From Rickettsiales bacterium (GTDB taxonomy: Bacteria; Pseudomonadota; Alphaproteobacteria; Rs-D84): DNA of 32,000 nucleotides. Below are positions 24,503 through 32,000 of the stretch, piece by piece. Every line of letters begins with the position of its first letter. Position 1 is the stretch's first letter. The notes under the pieces were generated by a model that ran no database searches, was not told the origin of the DNA, and was given only the letters and a program-made list of their open reading frames with translations. The DNA is taken from the NCBI GenBank assembly GCA_031265235.1, contig JAISCX010000005.1, positions 3,912-35,911 on the forward strand, written 5' to 3'. The position numbers were made by a program, and so were the translations under genes.

Positions 24503-25687
24503 ATGGCAAAACAAGTCCGGGTTTCAAAATCGCAAAATATGACATTCCGCGAACGCACGCGCCTGTTCGGCTGGCCGCTGTTTATCATTATGTGCATAAT
24601 TCTGGCGCTGTCCGTCGCGACGCTATACTCCGCGGGCGCGGCCGATTGCACGCGACTGCCGGAATTCTGCGGGACATTCGGATCATGGCGCCCGTATGCG
24701 CTGTCCCAGCTTTCCAAGATAGCCGCCGGCATGATCATTTTCTTTATCGCCGCGTTTTCGGATATAAAGACATGGCTGAAATCATCCTATGCCATTTACG
24801 GGCTGGCGCTGCTTCTCGTGATCCTTGTGACATTCGTCGGGCACACCGGCATGGGCGCGCAACGGTGGCTGAACCTGGGCTTTATCCACATCCAGCCGTC
24901 GGAATTTATAAAGGTCGCGCTGATCATCGGTCTGGCGCGGTATTTCGCATGGATGAATTCAAACGATCTGGAACGTCCGGGCAATTATTGGATTCCGGCA
25001 ATAATGGCGCTGGTTCCTTTTTTGATGATCGTGGCCCAGCCCGACCTTGGAACCGCGCTTTCGCTTCTTTTCATAGCGGCCGGATTTTTCTATATCGTCG
25101 GCGCCAATAAAAAATGGTTCCTGATTCTGGGCGTTTTGGCCGTGCTGGCCGCGCCGGCCGTATGGTTCGCCGGACTGCACGGCTATCAGCGAGACAGGAT
25201 ACTGACGTTCGTGAATCCCGAACGCGATCTTCAAGGCGCGGGATACCAGATAAACCAGGCGAAGATAGCGTTCGGGTCCGGCGGCATTGTCGGCAAAGGA
25301 TATCTGAACGGCACCCAGTCGCATTTGTCATTCCTGCCCGAAAAGCAGACCGATTTCATATTCACGATGTTCGGGGAAGAGCTGGGCTTTTTCGGCGGAT
25401 TCATCCTGATACTGCTGTATTCCGCCATGATCGGGATAATGTTCTGGTATGCGAAAACGACCAGGAATAGATTCGGACAATTGGCATGTTTTGGTTTTAT
25501 GTTGAATTTCTTTGTTTATTACTTTATAAATATCGCCATGGTTTTGGGACTGATGCCGACAGTCGGCGTTCCATTGCCTTTCATGAGCTTTGGCGGGTCG
25601 TCGCTTCTTTCGCTGATGTTCGGGCTTGGACTGGTCCAGAACGCGCATATAAACAAGGACCAGCAGCTTTCCGGAAAAGGCTATTAA
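24503..25687 (+). CDS. mrdB: peptidoglycan glycosyltransferase RodA (SEDS family)
   Basis: 394-aa polytopic protein of the FtsW/RodA/SpoVE family with QPSEFIKV, PDLGTAL, LPEKQTDFIF and VGVPLPFMSFGGSS. GGAG lies 8 nt upstream of the ATG. Confidence 0.9.
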   Translation: MAKQVRVSKSQNMTFRERTRLFGWPLFIIMCIILALSVATLYSAGAADCTRLPEFCGTFGSWRPYALSQLSKIAAGMIIFFIAAFSDIKTWLKSSYAIYGLALLLVILVTFVGHTGMGAQRWLNLGFIHIQPSEFIKVALIIGLARYFAWMNSNDLERPGNYWIPAIMALVPFLMIVAQPDLGTALSLLFIAAGFFYIVGANKKWFLILGVLAVLAAPAVWFAGLHGYQRDRILTFVNPERDLQGAGYQINQAKIAFGSGGIVGKGYLNGTQSHLSFLPEKQTDFIFTMFGEELGFFGGFILILLYSAMIGIMFWYAKTTRNRFGQLACFGFMLNFFVYYFINIAMVLGLMPTVGVPLPFMSFGGSSLLSLMFGLGLVQNAHINKDQQLSGKGY

Positions 25688-25704
25688 TAAAAAAGAGTTT
25701 GATT

Positions 25705-28086
25705 ATGAATTTGCTTATCGTTGAATCGCCTGCAAAAGCAAAAACCATTGAAAAGTACCTTGGGCGCGATTGGCGCGTCGTGGCGTCCGTCGGCCATGTG
25801 CGCGACCTGGTCCCCGAAGACGGCAGCGTGGACCCGGACAAGAATTTCGATATGAAGTGGCAAATCATGCCCGGCAAGGAAAAGCAGATCAAATTGATCT
25901 CTGACGAATTGAAAAAGGCGGACGCCCTATATCTGGCGACCGACCCCGACCGCGAGGGCGAGGCCATCAGCTGGCACCTGTATGATATTCTGAACTCCAA
26001 GGGCGTGCTTAAAAACAAAAAATCATTCCGCGTGGCATTCCACGAAATTACAAAAAAAGCCGTCCAGGATGCGATAGAACACCCGCGCGAAATAGACCAG
26101 AACCTGGTGGACGCATACCTGGTGCGCCGGGCGCTTGACTATCTTATCGGGTTCAAGCTTTCGCCCGTTCTGTGGCGTCGCAATCTTGGCAAATCCGCCG
26201 GCCGCGTGCAGAGCGTCGCGGTCGCCCTGGTCGTGGACCGCGAGCGCGAAATAGAGGCATTCAAGCCGGTGGAGTATTGGTCTTTGGATGCGCTGTGTGC
26301 GCCCAAAGAGAAACCAGGGACAAAAAGTAAGAGACAAGACTTTACCGCCCATCTAACTAAATTCAACGGTGAAAAAATTGAAAAGCTATCAATTGAAAAC
26401 AAGGAAAAGATGTTTTCGATTCTGCAATCTTTGACCGATGAATACAAAGATATCGCCGACATATCCCAACTCTCTGACCTGGGCTCTCTGCTTTCCGCCA
26501 CTGTCGCGTCGGTCGAAAAAAAGAAATCGTCCCGCCGCCCTGCGGCGCCGTTCACGACGTCAACCCTGCAACAGGAAGCGGCGCGGAAATTATATTTTTC
26601 TTCCAAAAAGACAATGTCGGTCGCGCAAAAGCTTTATGAGCAGGGATTGATAACATACATGCGAACGGACGCGACCGCGCTGTCCGCGGACGCCGTGGCC
26701 GAAATCCGCGAATTCATCGGCGAAAAATACGGCGACGCGTTTCTGCCGAAATCGCCGAACATTTACGTCACGAAATCCAAAAACGCCCAGGAAGCACACG
26801 AAGCGATCCGTCCAACGAGTGTCAGTGCAAGTGCAAGTGTCAGTATAGATGGGGACGAATACAAACTTTATGATCTGATCTGGAAACGCACGGTCGCATG
26901 CCAGATGACCAACGCGGAATTCGATTCGGTGTCCGTCGATATAGAAACCCGATCGGCAATCTTTCACGCCGTCGGCACAACGCGCACATTTGACGGATTT
27001 ATGAAAGTATATATCGAAGACAAGGATGACGATTCGGATAACGCCGCGGGGACGGGTCCCGCCCGCCATGAAGACGACGGCGAAGCAAAACTGCCGCCGC
27101 TTGCCGCGGGCGACGCGATTGATATCACAAAACTTATTCCGGAACAGCATTTCACAATGCCGCCGCCAAGATATTCCGAAGCGTCGCTTGTGAAAAAACT
27201 TGAAGAACTGGGCATCGGCCGGCCGTCGACATACGCGGCGATCATGTCGACAATCGTCGATCGCGAATACGTCCGCGTGGACCAGCGGCGATTCTTTCCG
27301 ACGCCGGCGGGATGGCTGGTCGCGGCATTCCTCGCCAAATATTTCAACGATATAATCGCGGTTGATTTTACGGCGAAAACCGAAGACACGCTGGACGATG
27401 TCGCGGACGGCAAAGAAAAAAAACTGCCCGCGCTTGCCGCGTTCTGGAAACCGTTCAGCGCGACCCTTGCATCCGCCAAAGATGTTCCGACCCCGGAAAT
27501 TATGGATGAAATAAATAATTCCCTGCGCGCGCACCTGTTCCCCGACGACAATGACAAGTGTCCGGAATGCGGCGGAAAACTGGGACTGAAAGTGTCGCGT
27601 TACGGCCCGTTCATATCATGCGGCAACTATCCGGAATGCAAATGGACGAAACATCTAAGCGCAAGCGACATTGCGGGCGCAGCCGGCGACGATTCCGACA
27701 CGGCTTTGCGCGCAAATACCAATGCCGGCGCTGATTTGGGCGAAGACATAAAATTCCTGGTCGGCAGATTTGGCCCGTATGTGCAGCAAGGCGCGGGCAA
27801 GGACGCAAAGCGCGCGGCCGCAAAAAAATACACGTCGGAAACAATCACGCTGGAAATCGCCAAAGAATTATTGGCCACCGGCGGCAAGGCGGAACCCATA
27901 AACCTGGGCAAGAATCCCGCGACCGGCAAAGACATACTGTTCTATCCGACCGGACGATTCGGCCCGTATATATCGTCAAACAAAGTAAACGCCAGCGTCA
28001 AGGAACAACCGTCGCTGGACGACGCCGCGGACCTGATCAACAACAAAAAACCCAGCGCACGCAAAGGATGGGGAAAAAAGAAATAA
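25705..28086 (+). CDS. topA: DNA topoisomerase I
   Basis: MNLLIVESPAKAKTIEKYLG (Toprim), DPDREGEAISWH, the active-site region TYMRTD, one CPECGG...CGNYPEC zinc ribbon, and C-terminal GRFGPY repeats. The track start at 25486 overlaps rodA. Confidence 0.95.
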   Translation: MNLLIVESPAKAKTIEKYLGRDWRVVASVGHVRDLVPEDGSVDPDKNFDMKWQIMPGKEKQIKLISDELKKADALYLATDPDREGEAISWHLYDILNSKGVLKNKKSFRVAFHEITKKAVQDAIEHPREIDQNLVDAYLVRRALDYLIGFKLSPVLWRRNLGKSAGRVQSVAVALVVDREREIEAFKPVEYWSLDALCAPKEKPGTKSKRQDFTAHLTKFNGEKIEKLSIENKEKMFSILQSLTDEYKDIADISQLSDLGSLLSATVASVEKKKSSRRPAAPFTTSTLQQEAARKLYFSSKKTMSVAQKLYEQGLITYMRTDATALSADAVAEIREFIGEKYGDAFLPKSPNIYVTKSKNAQEAHEAIRPTSVSASASVSIDGDEYKLYDLIWKRTVACQMTNAEFDSVSVDIETRSAIFHAVGTTRTFDGFMKVYIEDKDDDSDNAAGTGPARHEDDGEAKLPPLAAGDAIDITKLIPEQHFTMPPPRYSEASLVKKLEELGIGRPSTYAAIMSTIVDREYVRVDQRRFFPTPAGWLVAAFLAKYFNDIIAVDFTAKTEDTLDDVADGKEKKLPALAAFWKPFSATLASAKDVPTPEIMDEINNSLRAHLFPDDNDKCPECGGKLGLKVSRYGPFISCGNYPECKWTKHLSASDIAGAAGDDSDTALRANTNAGADLGEDIKFLVGRFGPYVQQGAGKDAKRAAAKKYTSETITLEIAKELLATGGKAEPINLGKNPATGKDILFYPTGRFGPYISSNKVNASVKEQPSLDDAADLINNKKPSARKGWGKKK
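26818..26844 (+). repeat. hexamer array AGTGTC AGTGCA AGTGCA AGTGTC AGT inside topA
   Basis: Tandem hexamers in frame, encoding SVSASASVS directly after the conserved AQEAHEAIRPT. Confidence 0.6.
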
Positions 28087-28117
28087 TTCTGGATACAAAA
28101 ACATTTATTTTCCGCAT

Positions 28118-28146
28118 TTGCTAATTGCCAATCGCTGGTTTATAAT
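28118..28146 (+). promoter_or_regulatory. putative promoter positioned for a leaderless dnaG mRNA
   Basis: TTGCTA, a 17-nt spacer, then a perfect TATAAT. The last -10 base is 28146 and the dnaG ATG starts at 28153. No Shine-Dalgarno sequence lies between them. Confidence 0.45.
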
Positions 28147-28152
28147 CCGCGT

Positions 28153-29802
28153 ATGGCTGGATATTCCAACAATTTTAATGACGAACTGCGGGCGCGATTG
28201 TCTATCGTGGACATTGTCGGCCGCAAAGTGCCTTTGGTCAAAAAAGGCCAGAATTTCTGGGGATGCTGTCCTTTTCATAATGAAAAAACGCCCAGCTTTT
28301 CCGTAAACGAGCAAAAGGGATTCTATCACTGTTTCGGCTGTGGCGAGCATGGCGATATAATCGGCTTTACCATGAAGACCCAGAATATGGGATATGTGGA
28401 CGCGATAAAGGAACTGGCGAATCTGGCGGGCCTTAAAATGCCCGATTTCAAGCCAAAAACCCCGGAACAGGCGGCGCGCGAGCAAACTTTTATTGAAATA
28501 ATGACCGCCGCTGCCAAGACATACGCGGATGCGCTGTTCTCGCCCGCGGGCGCCGGCGCACTTGAATATATCCGCAAACGCGGGTTCTCGGACGAAGTCA
28601 TAAAAAAATACGGTCTGGGCTATGCCCCGAAAAACAACACAATCTCTGCAAAATTCGCAACCCAGAAAGAACAAAACCTGATTGCGACCGGACTGGTCCG
28701 CCGCGGGGATTACGGTCTGTATGACTTTTTCCGCAACCGGCTGATGTTTCCCATATTCAATCCGAACGGCCAGACGATCGCATTTTCCGGGCGCAGCCTG
28801 GACGGATCCGAACCGAAATATATCAACACGTCCGACACCGAATTATTCCATAAACGCCGGACAATCTTCGGACTGAATTTCGCGCGCGATGCGATTTACA
28901 AAGCCAACCGCAGCATAGTGGTCGAAGGCCAGATCGACGCGATCCAGATGCAAACGCACGGATTCAGCGAAACCGTCGCGCCGCTGGGAACGGCGCTGAC
29001 CGAAGAACATTTGCAGATTCTTTGCAAATCGAACCGCAATATTACATTCTGTTTTGACGGGGACGGGGCGGGGCAAAAGGCCGCCGCGCGCGCGGCGGAT
29101 TTGATGATGCCGTTGCTGCGCGACACTTCGGACGTGCGATTCGCTTTTGTGCCGTCAGGCCAGGACCCTGATGAAATATTAAAGAATACTAAACAGGGAA
29201 CGGAATTGATGGAAAAGATTATTGATTCCGCGACGCCTATTGTTGATTTTTTATGGGGTCTGGCGAACAAGAATTATTTGACTCAAACGCCCGGCGGACG
29301 GGCAAGCGCGGAAAAATTCTTGCAAACGGAAATTGAAAAAATTACAGATCCGAACCTTAAAAACGAATACAAACAGGAATACAGCCAGCGAAAATTTAAC
29401 GAATGGCATAAATGGAAAAAGGCCGACGCGGGGGCGCATGGAAACGCGCCCGTGCCAAACGCCGATGCTTTGACCCGGAAAACATTATCAGAAGTCGCTG
29501 CGACATATCCGGAATTAATTGAAAAATATGCGGAATTCTTGGCAAAAATCGGAATGGGCTTTTCCGAAAACAAATCTCCTGATCTTCAATCTCCGCTCTC
29601 GCAAGCGGACGCCGAAAAATTCATCGTGTCCTTAAAGTTGAAAAATTATTTGGAAATGCTGCGGCGCGACAAGAAAAATATAATGGCGAAAATGCTGGCG
29701 TCCAAGGAATCCGACGACCAGAGCCTTGCCGTCAAATTAAAAACCATAGACGAAGAAATAAAAAAGGCGTGCGAAAAAACAACCAAGCTTGCGGACATAT
29801 AA
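28153..29802 (+). CDS. dnaG: DNA primase
   Basis: It has the zinc-binding CCPFHNEKTPSFSVNEQKGFYHCFGCGEHGD, an RNA polymerase core (LMFPIFNPNGQTIAFSGR), and Toprim (VVEGQIDAI...FDGDGAGQKAA). Confidence 0.93.
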   Translation: MAGYSNNFNDELRARLSIVDIVGRKVPLVKKGQNFWGCCPFHNEKTPSFSVNEQKGFYHCFGCGEHGDIIGFTMKTQNMGYVDAIKELANLAGLKMPDFKPKTPEQAAREQTFIEIMTAAAKTYADALFSPAGAGALEYIRKRGFSDEVIKKYGLGYAPKNNTISAKFATQKEQNLIATGLVRRGDYGLYDFFRNRLMFPIFNPNGQTIAFSGRSLDGSEPKYINTSDTELFHKRRTIFGLNFARDAIYKANRSIVVEGQIDAIQMQTHGFSETVAPLGTALTEEHLQILCKSNRNITFCFDGDGAGQKAAARAADLMMPLLRDTSDVRFAFVPSGQDPDEILKNTKQGTELMEKIIDSATPIVDFLWGLANKNYLTQTPGGRASAEKFLQTEIEKITDPNLKNEYKQEYSQRKFNEWHKWKKADAGAHGNAPVPNADALTRKTLSEVAATYPELIEKYAEFLAKIGMGFSENKSPDLQSPLSQADAEKFIVSLKLKNYLEMLRRDKKNIMAKMLASKESDDQSLAVKLKTIDEEIKKACEKTTKLADI

Positions 29803-29805
29803 AAT

Positions 29806-30246
29806 ATGCAATCCAAAAATGATATTGAAATCTTAAAGGAATACTTGGACACATGGGCTTTGTATTGGGTGGCCAGAGCCACGTTTGATTATATCCATAA
29901 CACCATTGCCGGTTCAAACGTCCTTGATTTTGGAATTGATAGCCACGGACATGAAATAACGGGCCACATAAATAATTTCCATTCCACGCTTATATCCGCA
30001 GAATATGACGCATGGCCGAACGGGGCCCCTATGGTAAGCTCTTATAAGCCCTTGCCGCTATATATGCGGGTTGTGTTTAAAAATATATGCGACCAAAATG
30101 GATTGTCAGAAAAACTTTCTGATAGAGATAAAAAAAACATCGCGAATGCGAACATATACAGGCGGCCCTTTATAGAACTTGCGGCAAAAAACTATGGCAT
30201 AGAACAAGTCCTTCCGATGATAATTCCCTCGAAATCCAGAAATTAA
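29806..30246 (+). CDS. 146-aa hypothetical protein directly downstream of dnaG
   Basis: The ATG lies 3 nt after the dnaG stop. I recognise no motif. Its stop overlaps the stop of the convergent 30243-30872 gene (TTAA). Confidence 0.5.
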   Translation: MQSKNDIEILKEYLDTWALYWVARATFDYIHNTIAGSNVLDFGIDSHGHEITGHINNFHSTLISAEYDAWPNGAPMVSSYKPLPLYMRVVFKNICDQNGLSEKLSDRDKKNIANANIYRRPFIELAAKNYGIEQVLPMIIPSKSRN

Positions 30247-30872
30247 CCGAAATCCGGACCGCATAGCTTGTTCAAACGGCTGCCGTCGTCATGCTGATCC
30301 ACTTTCTTGTTTCGAATTTCTTGTTCCGCGTTTATTTTCTGCCGCATCAGTATTATATCTGGATGGGTTTGCAGTTCTTGCTCCATCCGGTCCAGCGCCG
30401 CATCGGTGGGACCGCCCTGCGGCACGAATATCGGCATTATGCCGTCTGCGGCGCGATCCACCGCCAATTCTATATCGCGCGCGGCATTCTCGATCGTTGT
30501 CAAATGCGCGGCGATATGCTGATCCTCGTGTTCAAGCGTGACATTGTATCCGCAAGAACCGACGCGATGCCGCGAATCAATCTGAACCAGGAAATCCGTG
30601 TATCCGACGGATGCGTCCACGCCGGTCAGAACAACGCAATATCCGCCCTGAACCGGTTCCGCCGTCGCGCGCAGATTATAGCTTTCGATAAAACTGGCCG
30701 ATACGTTGCCGTGCAGTAAATCCATCGGCTGCGACGGCTGGACCACTGATTTGGTCCATTGGGGCACGCTTATGCGAACATCGGGGATTGTTTTGTATGC
30801 AATGCAATCATCTGCAAGAAGTGTAGAGTGTAAAAGTGTAAAAAGTGTAAAAGTGAATGCTGCACGTTTCAT
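30243..30872 (-). CDS. secreted hypothetical protein with an HExxH motif (possible zinc metallopeptidase; occupies the slot after virB4)
   Basis: 209 aa with a hydrophobic N-terminus (AAFTFTLFTLLHSTLLA), HEDQH within TLEHEDQHIAAH, and a helical C-terminus. Its ATG overlaps the stop of the four-helix-bundle gene (ATGA). Any family assignment (DUF922-like? VirB5-like?) is a guess. Confidence 0.55.
   Translation of the reverse strand: MKRAAFTFTLFTLLHSTLLADDCIAYKTIPDVRISVPQWTKSVVQPSQPMDLLHGNVSASFIESYNLRATAEPVQGGYCVVLTGVDASVGYTDFLVQIDSRHRVGSCGYNVTLEHEDQHIAAHLTTIENAARDIELAVDRAADGIMPIFVPQGGPTDAALDRMEQELQTHPDIILMRQKINAEQEIRNKKVDQHDDGSRLNKLCGPDFG
30820..30855. repeat. left inverted array AGTGTAGAGTG TAAAAGTG TAAAAAGTG TAAAAGTG
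   Basis: It matches the reverse complement of 31250-31284 with about one mismatch and one 1-nt indel. Confidence 0.9.
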
Positions 30873-31243
30873 TGTTTTTTATTTTCTTTTTCAAGATTAT
30901 TCTTTGCGGTTATTATTGATGAATTAAGCATTCTTCCTATTTCTAGGCAATCATTATAAATACTTTCAAATTCTTTCTCTGATAAAAATTCCGCGTTTCG
31001 TAATGATTTTAACCAATGTCTTGTTTCAGCACATTCTTTGAGAGATATTCCAAGTTTGCAAACAAAGTCTTTCTTTGTAAAGGCCGAACCAGCTTCGGCT
31101 ATATTTGCACCAATACTGGTCCCTGAACGTAAAACCTGTTTTGATATTGTAAATTCTTTCTTTTCCTTGCACAAATATTTATGCATATTTATTATTCTGG
31201 TGGTAAATGTTTCACTTTTGTCACGTAATACGCTTTCTTTCAT
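30869..31243 (-). CDS. four-helix-bundle protein (23S rRNA intervening-sequence protein / Avd-like family, PF05635/TIGR02436 type)
   Basis: 124 aa from the ATG at 31243 (the track uses a GTG at 31252 inside the repeat). The diagnostic core is SKQVLRSGTSIGANIAEAGSAFTKKDFVCKLGISLKECAETRHWLKSL. This is recognition from memory, not a search. Confidence 0.8.
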   Translation of the reverse strand: MKESVLRDKSETFTTRIINMHKYLCKEKKEFTISKQVLRSGTSIGANIAEAGSAFTKKDFVCKLGISLKECAETRHWLKSLRNAEFLSEKEFESIYNDCLEIGRMLNSSIITAKNNLEKENKKQ

Positions 31244-31249
31244 ATTCAC

Positions 31250-31284
31250 CACTCTACACTTTTTACACTTTTACACTTTACACT
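31250..31284. repeat. right inverted array CACTCTACAC TTTTTACAC TTTTACAC TTTACACT
   Basis: It is the reverse-complement partner of 30820-30855. It fills the gap between the virB4 stop (31287) and the four-helix-bundle start. Confidence 0.9.
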
Positions 31285-31286
31285 AT

Positions 31287-32000
31287 TTAAACGTTCTGCC
31301 GTTTAAGATATTCTTCAACAAATTCCGTGCCGAATGTTTTATATAATTCTTCGGCCAGCAAAACGCTTGCGCGGCCGGATTCAAACAGGCGGATCAGCGG
31401 CCCCAGCCCCCCAAGTTCTGTATTCAAAATAACGGATTCCCCGGTGACCGGCCGCGACAACAGCAATCCGCGTTTTATATTCGGATACGCTTTCCCTTGA
31501 ATGAACGCCATTTCTAACGGATTCAGTTTCCAGTGCTCGTAATCGCTGGCATCTGCCGCCGGATTACGAAAGAACATAACCGTTTGCGCCTGGCCGCGGA
31601 CGACATCCCCTATGCCAAGCTTATCAATAACATTCGCGCGCTGAAACGCGGCCATATACGCTTGCCTGTTCTTGCGGCCTTCCTGCAAGCCCGTTATAAA
31701 ATTCTCTCTGAACATGGGATTGGCCAGCATCGGCGCAGTTTCGTCGATCATGATCAGCGACGGGTTTCCGCCGGCGACGGTCATTTGGTTGATGCGGTGA
31801 ATAATGTATGAAATCACCGCCGGCGCCAGCGTTTCGTCCGACAAAATATCGGTAAAATCAAAAGTTGTCAGCCGCGAATACAGATCCAGCGTATCCCTTG
31901 ATTCATTGAACACGCCGCCGTATTGCAGCGGATCAACCCATTTTTTTAGCGCGGGCCGCATGGCGCCATCGGACGCAAAGCACGCAGTCCAAAGATTGGA
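31287..32000 (-). CDS. virB4: type IV secretion ATPase VirB4, C-terminal part (gene runs off the right edge)
   Basis: It has Walker B LIMIDETAP, RKNRQAYMAAFQ (the RKxN region), VMFFRNPAADASDY and LNPLEMAFIQG, typical of the P-type VirB4/TrbE C-terminus. The frame stays open to base 32000 upstream of the track Met. Confidence 0.85.
   Translation of the reverse strand, partial: SNLWTACFASDGAMRPALKKWVDPLQYGGVFNESRDTLDLYSRLTTFDFTDILSDETLAPAVISYIIHRINQMTVAGGNPSLIMIDETAPMLANPMFRENFITGLQEGRKNRQAYMAAFQRANVIDKLGIGDVVRGQAQTVMFFRNPAADASDYEHWKLNPLEMAFIQGKAYPNIKRGLLLSRPVTGESVILNTELGGLGPLIRLFESGRASVLLAEELYKTFGTEFVEEYLKRQNV

Noticed and set aside
26590-27534. 314-aa ORF antisense to topA. The same applies to 28105-28674 (antisense dnaG), 13555-14172, 14748-15452 and 14980-15516 (antisense ileS), 21359-21958 (antisense mreC), 8210-8674 and 8538-9086 (antisense fabD), and 22941-23483 (antisense mrdA).
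   Set aside because: They lie fully within strongly supported genes on the opposite strand. Their Arg/Ser/Pro/Gly-rich, low-complexity composition is typical of shadow ORFs in relatively GC-rich coding DNA.
30869-31243. The four-helix-bundle gene as the Avd component of a diversity-generating retroelement.
   Set aside because: There is no reverse transcriptase ORF and no template/variable repeat pair with A-specific differences anywhere in the window. The flanking repeats are simple arrays, not TR/VR.
31287-32000. virB4 together with the cassette as evidence for an integrative conjugative element or plasmid segment.
   Set aside because: Only the 3' end of one T4SS gene is visible. No relaxase, integrase, att site or tRNA-adjacent junction is present, and the flanking genes are core housekeeping genes. 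A chromosomal vir-homolog T4SS is equally consistent.

Overview
This window reads as a chromosomal housekeeping region, probably from an alphaproteobacterium. A Rickettsiales/Holosporales-like lineage is my inference from protein motifs, a long eukaryote-like (type 2) IleRS, a P-type virB4 and an in-frame palindromic insertion; I ran no search. Gene order, left to right: rsmG (5' part, -), a membrane-anchored TPR protein (+), metG-queH (-), tRNA-Val(GAC) (-), pal (-), a UDG-family-4-like gene (+), infC with an ATT start (+), a lipoprotein (-), fabD-[93-aa orphan]-fabG (+), [Cys-rich orphan]-mnmG (-), ileS (+), nth and a guanine-deaminase-like gene (+), rpmI-rplT-pheS-pheT (-), mreC-mreD-mrdA-rodA (+), topA (+), dnaG plus an orphan (+), a secreted HExxH protein (-), a four-helix-bundle (23S-IVS-protein-type) gene (-), and the 3' part of virB4 (-). 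I saw no CRISPR array, transposase, integrase or rRNA. Three things are unusual. (1) A dispersed family of short GTG-initiated tandem repeats (GTGATTT, GTGATGC, GTGAAAn, GTGTAAAA, and AGTGCA/AGTGTC). In intergenic gaps they form inverted arrays: the rpmI leader, mreC-mreD and mrdA-rodA. Inside essential genes (mnmG, ileS, pheT twice, topA) they occur as in-frame arrays, and the heptamer/octamer arrays are always in the stop-free orientation. (2) The same architecture, a ~35-bp inverted array pair, tightly brackets the four-helix-bundle gene between virB4 and the HExxH gene. This gives an IVS-like cassette outside rRNA. (3) A 114-bp, exactly in-frame palindromic element sits inside mnmG, reminiscent of Rickettsia palindromic elements. 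Everything else looks ordinary. Most long antisense ORFs in the track are shadow ORFs.
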